Positions 1 to 14,378 of a stretch of 64,000 nucleotides of DNA are shown here, piece by piece. The DNA is taken from the NCBI GenBank assembly GCA_951406725.2, contig OX597835.1, positions 2,852,001 to 2,916,000 on the forward strand, given 5' to 3'. This DNA comes from Octopus vulgaris. Its lineage: Eukaryota. Positions within the stretch are counted from its first letter, which is position 1; every line of letters starts with the position of its first letter. The position numbers were made by a program, and so were the translations under genes. The notes under the pieces are model-generated. The model saw nothing but the letters and a program-made list of their open reading frames with translations, was not told where the DNA came from and did not search any database.

Positions 1-429
1 TGTGAGATCCGGGTTACATACTGCAGACGGTTGCGGTGACCAGCAACCCAGAACCAATGTGGTCAGAATTCCAAGTCTAAAGTGTGGAATCAGATTTCAC
101 AGACTCTCACTATGAAACTACTAAGCGCAGGTAGGAGAAAAATGGTCGGTTTACATAGACAGATAGAGAGACGAAGAGAGAAATTATGGGAAGAATAAGT
201 AGAATGAAAAGAAGCGATGCAGCACTGGACTGATAATTTATTCCAAAGTTGATCAAGGCAACATTTGAACTCAGAACGCGATAACTAGGAAGTAAGCCTG
301 CACTGTGGTGGTCCGATCTAGCGTCACCACAGGTCCATCCGCCTGACTGTTGTTGTTATAAAGCCTCGAAAATTGAGGGCATGCCGAACCCCCTCATATT
401 ATTCAGACGCGAATAACTTGCCGTCATTG

Positions 430-600
430 CTTACTGCAAACAGGTGAAAAGGCTGGACACGTGTCACCGAGGTACACTTGGTGTCCAATGGCAAAATCTA
501 TGTAAGCGATATTGATGTCCTCGAACTCAGCAGCTTAGTGACTCTTGTACTTCAGCGCCGACAGCGATGGACTGGATATGCGGTCAGGATGAAGTCCACT
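430..600 (+). mobile_element. Degenerate RTE-clade LINE ORF2 fragment (post-RT region)
   Basis: Translates to QVKRLDTCHRGTLGVQWQN ... QRRQRWTGYAVRMK, matching the RTE-type RCLRRILGIxWQD ... QLRWAGHVxRM pattern; frameshifted. Confidence 0.55.
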
Positions 601-764
601 AGGAGTGAGGCATTCCTTAGCTTTTGTTAAAACATATCTCAAGGAGAATGTGACTATGATATACAAAATGAGACATGAAGGGAATGGCATAGAACATTTT
701 GGAGATCTTTTACTTGCATCTGAAATCATGGCGACTCCACAATCCTGGGACTGTGAACCATATT

Positions 765-1181
765 TAATTCTTTATTGCCCACAAGGGGATAAACATAGAG
801 GGGACAAACAAGGACAGACAAAGGGACTAAGTCGATTACATCGAACCCAATGCGTAACTGGTACTTATTTAATCGACTCCGAAAGGATGAAAGGCAAAGT
901 TAACCTCGGCGGAATTTGAACTCAGAACGCAGCAGCAGACGAAATACCTATTTCTTTACTACCCACATGGGACTAAACACAGAGGTGACAAACACGGACA
1001 AACAAACGGATTAAGTCGATTACATCAACCCCAGTGCGTAACTGGTACTTAATTTATCGACCCCGAAAGGATGAAAGGCAAAGTCGACCTCGGCGGAATT
1101 TGAACTCGGAACGTAACGGCAGACGAAATACCGCTCGGCATTTCGCTCGACGTGCTGACGATTCTGCCAGCTCGCCGCCTT
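765..1181 (-). mobile_element. tRNA-derived SINE family A, full copy plus 5'-truncated tandem copy, with TSD
   Basis: Minus-strand head GGCGGCGAGCTGGCAGAATCG (A box) and GTTCAAATTCC (B box); body GTCGACTTTGCCTTTCATCCTTTCGGGGTCGATAAA recurs many times in window; 16-bp direct repeat GACTGTGAACCATATT at 749-764 and 1188-1203. Confidence 0.9.
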
Positions 1182-1479
1182 AGACGAGACTGTGAACCAT
1201 ATTGGCACTGGATATATTGCTCTAGTTTGTCTCTAGATCCCGTGACAAGGGTGTATAGGGGTTTTAAGGATCTGTGGAAGATGAATTGAACCTAAAATGT
1301 TAGGTTGTGCAATCACCAGTGAGGCAATCACCGGTCGAGCATTGAAGCCGCAGACGTGAACCTGGGAATCTGGGTGAAACTGACTGATGGTGCAATAACC
1401 TCCTTCACGTGCATTTCTGGCATTTTGCAAGCGCAATAGTCAGTCACGACTAGACAACTACCCGATATATACATTACAA

Positions 1480-2043
1480 TTGGGTTGTCCGGAAAGTTCA
1501 TGTCGATATTTAAAGGAAAGAAAAAGGTCAATAAATACTTGCCATTGCATTTTTAATCAACCAAATATAAACCATTTTGTTGCACAATGTGTCTCCACTT
1601 TCCCTTAACTTGAAAATACCCTCTTCCCAGAATTGAGGTGGTTTCATGGTTAAGAATTCATCGAGGTATCTTTTACGTCATCCAAGGAATTGAAATGTTT
1701 ACCATTAAGACTATTCTGCAGAGACCTGAATAAGTGGAAATCCGAAGGAGCAATATCTGGTGAATATGGAGGGTGGGGTAACACATCCCAGCCGAGCTGC
1801 AGCATTTTTTGTCCGGTTCCCAAAGCATCAAGTGCCGAAAATGAACTTTCTTACCTTCCATTTTAAAGGGTTACAGAATTAACACTGGTTAAAGGAACAT
1901 AAACCTTCTTCCACAAAAAGATAACCTAAACTGTGCTCTAAATGGAGGTGTAGTCAAATCCTATTTTATGGACTCAACTATGTTCTAAAATAAGTCGAAA
2001 GGTAAGCTGCTATAAATCGGCACGAACTTTCCGGACAACCCAA
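1480..2043 (-). mobile_element. Internally deleted non-autonomous mariner transposon
   Basis: TIRs TTGGGTTGTCCGGAAAGTTC at both ends, right end followed by TA; minus strand encodes N-terminus MEGKKVHFRHLMLWE fused out of frame to C-terminus LGWDVLPHPPYSPDIAPSDFHLFRSLQNSL. Confidence 0.93.
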
Positions 2044-2104
2044 TACTATCAGTTGTCTGTGTGCGGCGTTGAAGAAATTTTAGTCAAATGAACCGACGCC
2101 AGTG

Positions 2105-2390
2105 CTTTTTTCACTCTGGTTCTTATTCTATTTGGCCCCCTAAGACGAACCGCTAAGTGAAGGAGACGTTAGCACATCTATAGCGGTCGGTATTGGGGCT
2201 GGGGACAAACACAGACATAAAGATACAGTCTGATAAATATTCATACATAGACGACGGGCTTCTTTCAGTTTCCACTCAGAACGTTTTAGACTGCGCGAGG
2301 CACTTGTCCAAAGTGTTAGGCAGTGGGTTTGAACACGGAACCATGCAGTTGGGAAGCAAAACTCATACCACACAGCCACGCCTACACCTA
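2105..2390 (-). mobile_element. SINE family B, degenerate copy
   Basis: Reverse complement of the head (GGCGTGGCTGTGTGGT...TTGCTTCCCAAC) and body (AAACTGAAAGAAGCCCGTCGT, CTTAGCGGTTCG) seen at 24840-25235. Confidence 0.75.
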
Positions 2391-2391
2391 G

Positions 2392-2423
<32 letters not shown>

Positions 2424-2586
2424 AATGCATATATATGTGTGTGTATATATATATATGTATGTATATATACGCATATATCATTGTGTATATATATGTCGGT
2501 GGTGTATGTTTGTATGTATGAATATATTACGTTGATGTATATAATAAATAGTCGAGAGCAGAGATGGAGAAGAAAACGTAGGAGTA

Positions 2587-2624
<38 letters not shown>

Positions 2625-3097
2625 TGTTGTTTTTGTTGTTGTTGTCGTAGTAGTTATTGTAGTAATAGAAGCCCTAGTACTAGCGCTGGCTTACATATGG
2701 TGGTAGCATAGTTTTCTTTTTCTTTTTATTTAATGTCAAGTTTGTTCAAGACGGAACGGACTTATAAGTCATTCCTACCATGACCATGCAGTCATTTTCC
2801 TGTCTGTTGGGATGCTAGGATCATAACACATCAAATGTGCCGCTATATATATATATATAATAATAATAATAATAATGTTTGTTGAAGAGAGATTAAAAGG
2901 AGATTTTCGCTGCCATGTCGAGTGGGTATGTAGCCATGTAGAAGCACCCCTGTTGACTCGAGATGGTAGCAGTGGCTTAAGGGACGATGATGATGATGAT
3001 GATGATGATGACGATGGTAGCTGCACTGTTAAGTTGGTGGAGCGACGGAGTGAAAGTGTGAAATGGTAGGTGGGTTCATGTGCTGTAGTTATTAACA

Positions 3098-3660
<563 letters not shown>

Positions 3661-3755
3661 ATATATATATATATACACATATATATATTGGTAAAAACGG
3701 TAAGATAACATATTATTTTATACACACACACACATATATATATATATACACATAC

Positions 3756-3801
<46 letters not shown>

Positions 3802-4134
3802 TTTACATACATACACACACACATAGACACACAAACATATATATACACACACACACAAACGCATACAACTGTAGTAGGGGTAATGATATTTGTAGTTTAG
3901 TGGTGTCGGTGGCTTTGATGGTGGTTGTGGTGCCGTCGACTTGCTTTTGTTGCTGTCATTGCTGCATCCTAGTTCTGATATCGATCACACTAATGATCAA
4001 TCCAACCATGGCCAACCCTCATTTTTTTTTTCATCCTGCATCCAGCATTATGCATTTGTCCCATTGCACACCACTTCATTTTGCAAAGGCACTCACTAGT
4101 GACGGGCTGCTATTACTAGCAAGTCGTGAGAGTG

Positions 4135-4392
4135 GGTAGGTGCTCGGTGGTTTGCGTAATTGTAGTGTGGTGGTAGTATGAAGGTGGTGGTATCGTCGTA
4201 GTCACTGTGGCTGATGTAGTGGTGTCGGTAGTTAGTTAAGTTGGCAATGGTGATGATGGTAGCGGTGGTGACGGGAGTCGTAGTGGTAGTAGTGGTGGTG
4301 GCGGTGGAGGTGGTAGTGATGATGACGATGATGATGATGATGGTGGTGGTACTTTTGTGAATGGTGTTGTTGCTGCTGTTGTTGTTGTTGGT

Positions 4393-4430
<38 letters not shown>

Positions 4431-4547
4431 TAGTAGTATTGGTGGTGGCGGTGTAGTGGTAGTGGAGATAGTGGTGGTTGTGGCTGTCGTGGGGGTGGTG
4501 GTAGTAGTAGTAGTAACAGTAGTATTAGTAATAGTAGCATTAGTAAC

Positions 4548-4581
<34 letters not shown>

Positions 4582-4970
4582 TTGAAGGAGGTGGTGGTTT
4601 GTTGCTGTCCATATATGCAACTGTACCAAAATAATGGAATCTCCCGTAGTGGTGGTGGGGGCGATGACAACGCGAGACAGTGGTAGTTGAGGCGGCAGTA
4701 GGTAGTGGTTGCGGTGGCAGGCGGTATTGATGGTGGTAGTATTGATAGATGTAGGAGATAGAAACAATGGCAATAGGGAGAGGTAGGTGGGTGGTGTGGT
4801 GGTGATGGTGGTGGCGGTGGTTGTGGTGGTAGTGGTGATGGTGGTGGTGATGTTGGTAGTGGTGGTTGTAGCTGTCGTGGTGGTAATGGTAATAGTAGTA
4901 GCAGTAGTAGTACTGGTAGTAGTAGTAGTAATGGTAGTAGTAGTAGTTGTAGTAGTAGTAGTAGTAGTGA
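4135..4970. repeat. Compound degenerate trinucleotide tract (GTG/GTA/GAT/GCA/GTT)
   Basis: Seen directly; explains the homopolymeric ORFs in all frames. Confidence 0.9.
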
Positions 4971-5311
4971 TGAGATAGATAGAGAGAGAGATCGGGTGGC
5001 CGTCAAAGTGGGAGGAGGAAAGGTGTGTAGATGCTGCGTGATAGATGATAGGCAGGTAACAAAATGTAGGAGTAGAGAGAGTAAGTGGGAAGGAAGGAAG
5101 GAAGGAAGGAAGGAATATATAGATAAGGGGAACGCGTACGTAGGGGCTGGTTGCTCTCAGTCCCTTTTTTCCGTACAGGTGTGTGTGAGGGGTGGTGGTG
5201 GTGGTGGTGGTGGCGGTAGCTGTGTGAGTATATGCGTGCATAAGGACAGTCATACCAACATAAGATCATACATATGAAATAGAGATAGATGGATAGATAG
5301 ATTGAGAGAGT

Positions 5312-5398
<87 letters not shown>

Positions 5399-5529
5399 CG
5401 TGTGGCTAAAAAAAGTTCGCTTCTTACAACTGCCTTCGTCTGTAGCCTGGGATCGATTGTCTTGAAACAAGAACCAAAAAAAAGTGAAAATAAAAATCTA
5501 AAACACACACAAACATATAACATCAGAGC

Positions 5530-5575
<46 letters not shown>

Positions 5576-5611
5576 GTGTGTGTGTGTGTGTGTGCGCGTA
5601 TATATATACAG

Positions 5612-5822
5612 GTCACTCACCTGGCGAAAGTGAGTTGCACCTGTAATTAAAAGGGCCAGCCTTGTCACATTCTGTGTTACACTGAATCCCCTTGAGAGCT
5701 ATGTTAAAGGTGTGTGTGTCTGTGGAGCGCTCAGCCACTTGCACGATAATCTCACGAGCAGGCTGTTCCGTGGAGATCGGATCAAATGGAACCCACGTCA
5801 CCGTAATCGATGGAGTGCCAAT
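5612..5822 (+). mobile_element. 3' portion of a SINE-like repeat
   Basis: Begins with a CACTCACCTGG..AAAGTGAGTTGC segment like the family C core at 49255-49282; non-coding body ending CGTAATCGATGGAGTGCCA. Confidence 0.45.
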
Positions 5823-6094
5823 TTTATATGCATTTATATATATATAAAGAAACCAATGTCCTATATATATACAAATAAATTCAGGGTGATTACTTGGTAA
5901 ATGTAAGCACCTGTATATGCCAGCTAGTAGCATAGGTGAGAGGATATATGTATCAAATGAAATACATCCTTTGTGTCCTGTTTTCCGTTTTATTTCATTT
6001 GATACATATATATATATACATATATATATATGTATATATATATATATATGTATATATATATGTATATATATATATACATATATATATATACATT

Positions 6095-6126
<32 letters not shown>

Positions 6127-6204
6127 CATATATATATATACGTATATATATATATATATACATATATATATTACATATATAAATATATATATATATATAT
6201 ATAC

Positions 6205-6500
6205 ATTATGGCTGCCCCCTCGTTATCGAGTATGGCCATTACACGAAGCTTAACTGTTACTGGTGCTGTGATCGAATGTGCCTTTTTTTAGCCCAGCTAA
6301 AGATCTACAATGTACAAAATTGTACAAAATTGGCAACTAAAACCTTTACAGGTAACAGCAAGCTGCAGTTGTAACTGGGCTTCATGTACCTGTGCATGTC
6401 GTTTAAGTCCTCCTGCCGAATCACACTCTCTTCCAGATGCCCGACAGATATGATTAGTATGGTGCGTTACACCACGCACAGTTGAAGAGACACACATATT
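6205..6500 (-). mobile_element. RTE-like LINE 3' end
   Basis: Minus ORF HICRASGRECDSAGGLKRHAQVH resembles the C-terminal CxxCGRxCxSxxGLxxH motif of RTE ORF2, followed by a short 3' UTR. Confidence 0.55.
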
Positions 6501-7074
6501 GATAAACAGTTAAAAGTGACAGAGTTGTGCATTAAATGAAACTAAAAACGAAGGATAGAAAGAAGAAACGAAATAGGTAAAGTTATCGAAGATAGAACGA
6601 AAAATACTGGCGTAAAAAAGTTCATTACGAGTTTCAGAAATGCTGGTACCAAAGCCATCTTTAGCAGATATGACAGTGAGTTCGATCTGCAGACAAGCAA
6701 TCTACTGTTTTTTTTTTCATTTTTTTTTTCCTTATGAATAATTACTCTTTCTTTTGTAAATACGTGTGGGTGTTTGTGTATGTGTGCACGTTCGTATATG
6801 TTTGTGTGTGTGTGTGTGTTTATTGTTTTTACTTCCATCGAGTTCTTTTTCTTTTTTTTTTTGCTTTTCCGTTTTTATTTAGCAGATCGACTTAGTATCA
6901 CTAATTCATCCCATTTATACTTATGTTTCTCGATATCTCCGACGGGTTTTTGGTAATGGAACATCCATTCTATCATTCTGAATATACACACACTCTGGCA
7001 AATATACGAGTGTAAGTAATAAGACGAGCGCATACAGATACATAAAATATACATATATCTATATATACTGCATA

Positions 7075-7122
<48 letters not shown>

Positions 7123-7125
<3 letters not shown>

Positions 7126-7302
7126 CGGAGATGTACTCGCATAGCAAGTAATTTGATCTGAGATCGTGTGCTGAAACGAAAACAATTGCAGCGTGGAAGG
7201 TGTTTATAAGCCATTTAAGAAACACACAAAAGCCGTTCGATTCACTCCAACATTTAAGTTTAATTTGTCAAAATATTTTCGTCGCTAAAATCCGCGACCT
7301 GT
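7123..7302 (-). mobile_element. Short (TA)n-embedded repeat (PLE pseudo-LTR-like) with a truncated hammerhead-like 3' half
   Basis: Flanked by (TA)n on both sides; minus strand starts (A)CA-G-GTCGC-ggatttta-GCGAC-GAAA-ATAT-TT. Confidence 0.5.
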
Positions 7303-7311
7303 ATATATATA

Positions 7312-7446
<135 letters not shown>

Positions 7447-7534
7447 TTATATATTTGATTTGATTTAGTTTCAGCTCATAAGTTGTGGCCATGCTGGACC
7501 GCCGCCATTTATATATACTTATATATATATATAT

Positions 7535-7577
<43 letters not shown>

Positions 7578-7597
7578 TATATACATATATATATATC

Positions 7598-7636
<39 letters not shown>

Positions 7637-8938
7637 TCGCACACATACATATATATATATGCGTGCACACAATCAGTCACCTATCCATCCGTATAGGCAT
7701 ACAGACACATATTCGGAGATACATTCATTCATTCACGTCTTCATTCCAGCGATGGAGATTTGTATTTTGTTAGAAACCAACTCCTTCCTCCGAGGAAGAA
7801 TTTAAGCAATTGAAAACAGAAGGGAATACATACACACACATACATGCATGCATGCATACATGCATACATACATACACGCATACATACATACATACATACA
7901 TACATACATGCATACATACATACATACATACATGCATACATACAGGCATAGTAGTTGTCTTCTGTCAATAACAAGGTGCGATAGTGCTACGCCAGTCACC
8001 ACAGCCAGTCTATTGAAATATAGAATCAATAACAGAACGTTACTATTCCATTCTCAACATTCAACAGTTGTCACTAAGTATAACACGTTTAGAGCCGGGG
8101 AGGGAGGTCGCTTGCTCAGACTTGATAAGTTTCCTAGAAATAGCAACCATGTCTTTCTTAAATTACATGTTTGCAGCCTATTGCGAAGGAAGAACATGCC
8201 AGTTAATATTGTTCTATCGGTGTACACTTTTAAGAGGTGAGATGGTCATGAGTGGAGATGGTCATAGCCAGGAATAATCTGTGAATATACAATAACACAT
8301 GTATATTGAGAAGGTTTGTCTGCTTGTAGAAATAGCAGTTGCACCGTTCTCAAACGACCTTTTAATCTATCGCAAAATGCTTAAAACAGTTCAGACTGGT
8401 TGGTCATGAGTAGGACGCTTTTGATTATGTCTGCTTCATCAAGTTTGGCTTTCGGATAAATAGCAACATATTTAGATAAAACAATGAGAGGAACCTTTGC
8501 CACTAAATGTTTTCTTGATTTGCTAGAAATAGCATCCAAATCTCTCTGAGATCAACATTTACTGATGTTTACAAGGAAAACAGGAGGTATTAGATAATCC
8601 AGAGATATATAGAAACGGATGGGTGGTCACGGTTAGAATGTCTCTGGATTTTTTTTCTTTTTTTTATCAAGGGCTTGGTCAAAGAATGTTAAAAAAAAAA
8701 GTGCTGCATAACAATGACAACAACTATAACGAGAATGATTGAGGCTTTATGGAAACAGTTGCCAAGCAGATCGATTAATGGTTATGATAGATCGGACGAC
8801 TAGAGAGCAAGCTTGCTTCTAGGATTTTAGGTTCTGAGTTCAAATCCCGTCTTCATCAACTTTAGTTCAATGCTCCATAGCTGCTTTCTCTTCTGCTTAT
8901 TCTTCTTATAATTCACTGTCCGTCTCTCACTCTGTCTG

Positions 8939-9024
<86 letters not shown>

Positions 9025-9354
9025 GTGGTCTCTACAATAAGCTGCACTCAATACTAAGAGGGCCGTGTGTTTTAGTATTACTTACATATTACCTTCGCAC
9101 CGTAGCTCAGCTCTGATCATGTAGACAGGTAACCAAATGGTTTACCAGTCTTTGATTACCTGTGCAATGCACCCAACAACATCTTCATTTGTTTATTAAA
9201 GGCTCTTGGGTCAGATATAAGGTGTAAATAGCAATATAGAATATTCACCTGTAAACAAATAGATCAGCAACATCTGACAATCCTGCAAGACTGCCAAGCA
9301 TCAAAGTGGAATTGATCGCAGAGACCATGTATTGGAAATGAAATGTTTGTCACG

Positions 9355-9438
<84 letters not shown>

Positions 9439-9571
9439 CATCCATCTCTATCTCACTCACTCACTCTCTCTCTCTCGCTATATATATATATATGTGTGTG
9501 TGTATGTATGTATGTATGTATGTATGTATGTATGTATGTATGTATGTATGTATGTATGTATGCATGCATGT

Positions 9572-9604
<33 letters not shown>

Positions 9605-9759
9605 GATTTGTATACACATAAATTGCGAATAATGCACACACACACACACACATATGTATATAGAGAGAGACTTTTTCTATTCCTGAGTGTTATACTAATA
9701 TATCTGTTTGTTTTGTACACCACCTGTCTTCGTCTTTTGTTTTTTTCGCAAACTCTCCC

Positions 9760-9870
<111 letters not shown>

Positions 9871-9899
9871 AGTGTATATATGTGGTCGTGGCCGGTGCT

Positions 9900-10006
9900 G
9901 CGAAGTGCATGGCACATTGCGATGATGATGATGATGACGACTGTGTTGACGGCGAAGTGCATGCCACATTGCGATGATGATGATGATGACGACTGCGTTG
10001 ACGGCG
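9900..10006. repeat. Tandem duplication of a 52-bp unit containing a GAT run
   Basis: GCGAAGTGCATG(G/C)CACATTGC(GAT)5GACGACTG(T/C)GTTGACG present twice. Confidence 0.9.
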
Positions 10007-10278
10007 ACGCTGCAACCAATTCTAAACTCCATAGTAGTCGGCAGTTATGGTTTCTATACAAATTTGTCTCTTGTAGGTGTTTTCTCTCTATCTTTCTGCC
10101 TCTCCTTCCCTCTCTCCCTCTCATTCTCTGCATCTCCCTCTCTCTCTCTCATCCTTTCTCTCTCTCTCTCTTTTTCGATCTCGCTCCAGATCTGTTATCG
10201 CATCGATGCTCTGCCTCTCTCTCTCATTCTCGTGCTATTTCTTTTTATCTTTTGTCTCTGTCTTTCTCTGTCGCTCTC

Positions 10279-10309
<31 letters not shown>

Positions 10310-11049
10310 ACTCTCTCTCCTTTACTCTGTACGTTTTCTCTCATTCTCTCTGTTCTCCCTTCCCACTCTCTCTCTCTCTTTCTCTGCTTTCTTTACCTCT
10401 CACTCTGCTTCGCTCTCTATCTCTCTCCATTGTTTTGTATATACGTCCCCCCTCCTTCCCTCCCTTTCTCTCTCTCTCTCTCTCTCTCTCTCCTTCCCTC
10501 TCACTTATTCTAGGGAGTCGGAACTTAGTAACAGTAAATGCAACACACACAGACACACACTCACAAACACACACACACACACGTACCCAAGCACCCCCCC
10601 ACACAAACACACATACACACACACACACACAAACACACAAACCCCCCCACACACACGCTCGTATCCAAGCACACACAGAAACCCCCTTCACACACACACA
10701 CACACACACGTACCCAAGCACACACAAACCCCCACTCACCTACCCAAGCACATATTTAGTGTACATATGGTAGTGTTCCAGAGAATCGGTTGTAAATCAA
10801 TCGCCACCAACCTACTATTGACCATAGTTAATAATAGAACTGTAGAGATTGCTACTTGTTGAATGTCATGCTTGGCTTGCTAGAAATAACAGCCAAGAAT
10901 TCCTCAAATACGAGAATATATTTCAGAATTGTTTTGTAGTCACATCTGAAATGAACACTGCGACGGTTGTGGCAGAACCAATAAATGATCAAGCTGACCT
11001 GGGGCTAAAGAGCGTCTGTAATTCTTGAACGAATGCAATGATAGAGGGG

Positions 11050-11240
11050 CTGAAATTTGGTGGAAGGGAGAAGATTGTTTTCAACGATCTAGTGCTCGGT
11101 TAGTATCTATTTTATCGACCCTCGGAAGGATGAAATGTAAAGTCGACCTTAGCGGTATTTGATCTCAGAATCTAAAGCTGGAAGAAATGCTGCCAAATAT
11201 TCGGTCCGGAGCGCTAAGTATTCTACCAGATTGCCACTCT
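11050..11240 (-). mobile_element. SINE family A, degenerate copy
   Basis: TTTATCGACCCTCGGAAGGATGAAATGTAAAGTCGACCTTAGCGG matches family A body. Confidence 0.75.
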
Positions 11241-11554
11241 ATTATAGCTAGAAGCCGATGAGGATGCCTCTACGTGGTCACTCAACGTGCTAGAAACAGC
11301 AGCTGAATTTAATTCTCTCAGACAACACTCGATCGTTTCGAAAAACTGGAGATACGGGCAGTGTAGTCTTAGATATACGTAGATTCCACAAACGAACGAC
11401 GAAGTGTCTGCACCGAAAATGAGAAAGTGTTTTTCGTAGGAGGAGCTAATTGTTGGCGCATAAAAAGCTGTGAGGTCGGAAGAAGTAATAACGAGCTTTC
11501 GGTTTTACTAAATCATAGATGTACAACTGCTGCTTGTTGTATGGAGCATATATT

Positions 11555-12035
<481 letters not shown>

Positions 12036-12099
12036 GTGTAATACTTGATGTCCACTTTTCAAAGGGTGAAAAAAAAAATTACGCATGAACGGGTGGCAT

Positions 12100-13472
12100 G
12101 AACAAAGAACAACTCCCATTTTTAGACATCATGATAAAAAAAGTTAACAATTAAATCACAACTGACATTTATTATAAACTAACTGATTCAAAACAATATC
12201 TTCTTTTTAACTCATGCCACCCGAAACACATCAAAATAAACATCCCTTTCAATTTAGCAAAAAGGATTTGCACAATAGTGTCTGATAGAACAACTCGGGA
12301 CCCTCGTCTTCAAGACCTCAAAACAACGCTTATTGAAAGACAATATCCACCCTCACTTATCGACGAGGGAATTAAATGTTCCAAAAAATTAGACATAAAA
12401 ACACTAATAACAACAAAACATAACACCACACCTCAACTCAAAACATTACTATTTATATCAACACACAACCCTAGAAACAGTGAGGCATTCAACACTATTG
12501 TGCAAACTCTTCCTTTACTAACTAGAGATCCAAAAATGAACGACATCCTGAAAACGCACAAACTCATCAAATACAAAAAAAGTAACACAAATCGCTAAAG
12601 AGACTACAAACAAATGCGAAGCTTTACAAAATAACCACGAAACCAACAGTTGAAAAATGTGGACGCCCAAACTGTGGAACCTGCCCCAAACTGCTTGAAG
12701 GCTCGTATTTCCTTTTCAAACAAGGACAGAGGTTCACAATTAAAACTAGTTTCACTTGTGCCTCTGAGAAACTAATTTATGTAATAACCTGCTCAGGTTG
12801 CGGACATAACTATATTGGACAAACGAGTGTGACCTACCTTGAGAAAGAGAACGACTCTACATGAAGAGCAAATCCGTTTCCCGCAATACAGGCAAATTCC
12901 TCTCAGTGAACACATAGAAAAATGTGCAAATAAAATCAAGCCAAATTTCACTGTCTTCCCCTTGTACCAGTGCAAAGACAAAATCCCTCCACTAGAATGT
13001 TTAAATAAAGAAACTTTTTTCATAGAAAAGTACAGAACACGTCTTCATATGCACGCATAACCAACTTTTATCTTTTTACATATTTCAATTCACGATTACA
13101 CCACTGTACATAAATTCCCTCACTAAACAAGGTTTTTCGAAATTTGTCTTTGTCTATACACATATATATTCCCTCCCATTACCGAAAGCTGAACAGTTAT
13201 CTCCCTTACCCACAACAATAACAATAATAACGAAAAAACCAATTACCTCCCTTTATTTATCTACTTGTGAAGTCATTCACTCGTGAATTTCACCACACAC
13301 AACATGGACAAAATTTCTTCTTAAGAAAAAATACATATTCAAATAAGCAAAGCATAATATCATGAATAGCGACAGCGAAACCGGTCGATATATAAAAAAT
13401 TATATTAAAACCATGTAAGTGTACGTATTTTCCTTTCACCACGTGGGGATAATCGAAATTTCTCTTTTCTGT
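12100..13472 (+). mobile_element. 5'-truncated Penelope-like retroelement (RT C-terminus/thumb, Cys linker, GIY-YIG endonuclease, 3' pseudo-LTR); Neptune-like
   Basis: EQLPFLDIMIKK..ITTDIYYKLTDSKQYLLFNSCHPKHIKINIPFNLAKRICTIVS; KCGRPNCGTCP; FTCASEKLIYVITCSGCGHNYIGQT; stops and frameshifts present. Confidence 0.92.
13357..13391 (+). ncRNA. Minimal type-I hammerhead ribozyme variant (A3-U8 core) in PLE 3' pseudo-LTR
   Basis: ATATC-ATGAATA-GC gaca GC-GAAA-CCGG-TC-GATAT: P1 5 bp, P2 2 bp, palindromic P3 ACCGGT, GUC cleavage triplet. Confidence 0.7.
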
Positions 13473-13484
13473 TATATATATGTA

Positions 13485-13523
<39 letters not shown>

Positions 13524-13910
13524 AATGTAAAATACATAGATTTAACTTATCCGGTGGTACTCACAAGGCACATAGCAAACCAAATACAAAGAGTTGTAAT
13601 TCAGAGTCGGATTCAGTTGAAGGCCAGTAAATCCAATTACTAACGATTGTTTCATTAGAAGTGTTTCTAATACGAAGTTGCCTGCGAAAAGATCAGAATC
13701 GAATGGCTATCAACTGGTGAGGAGATAAGTATATTCATCTCACACCTCCTCACTTCGTATGTCTGCGCATGAGTTTGTGTGTGTGTGTATGTATGTATGT
13801 CTGGCATAGGCACAAATTTGTATGTTTTGTTTTATGGATGTACTCTGATGCATATAATTGCATCTCAAGACATGTTAAGATATACTTAAATGATAAACTT
13901 ACAGGTTTTT

Positions 13911-14088
13911 TAATACTGTCTACTTAATGTGAGTCCCATGAAGGGAACCACACCAGCGCTATTTAGCCCTAGGAAGCATCAACGCTTCCTGTCGGCCTTC
14001 ACACCGACAGGAAGCGTTGATGTTTCCTGGGGCTAAATAGCGGTGAGGTAGTTCCCTTCAAGGGACTCACACTAAGTTGACAGTATTA
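13911..14088. repeat. Long inverted repeat (85-bp arms, 8-nt loop), MITE- or fold-back-like
   Basis: Arms TAATACTGTC...CCTGTCGG and CCGACAGG...GACAGTATTA differ at 9 of 85 positions; TA at both ends. Confidence 0.9.
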
Positions 14089-14378
14089 CAACTACTCTAT
14101 CGTACCACCACTGCTTATATCTCTCTGAGATATTTAGAAATGTAATATTTCTATTTTTTTTTTACAGATTTTTACTGTTCCGTTATGCATATATGTGCGT
14201 GTGTGTGTATGTGAGAGAGAAATAAGGATAATCACAAGTTAATAATATTGTTCTTGTGCGCGTTTCGCAATTATAGTGGCTTGGAGCCCAGCTACCATAG
14301 CGAAATTCGTGTAGGAACTAAAGCTTGTGTTTATTCTACGTTTGTTCTGTAGTTCATCACCAGCTATACTACTGGGTA

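Noticed and set aside
6634-6900. Possible plus-strand mini-exon (TTCAG...GTGAGT) and acceptor at about 6884
   Set aside because: Short, no recognisable peptide; splice-like signals are common in AT-rich DNA
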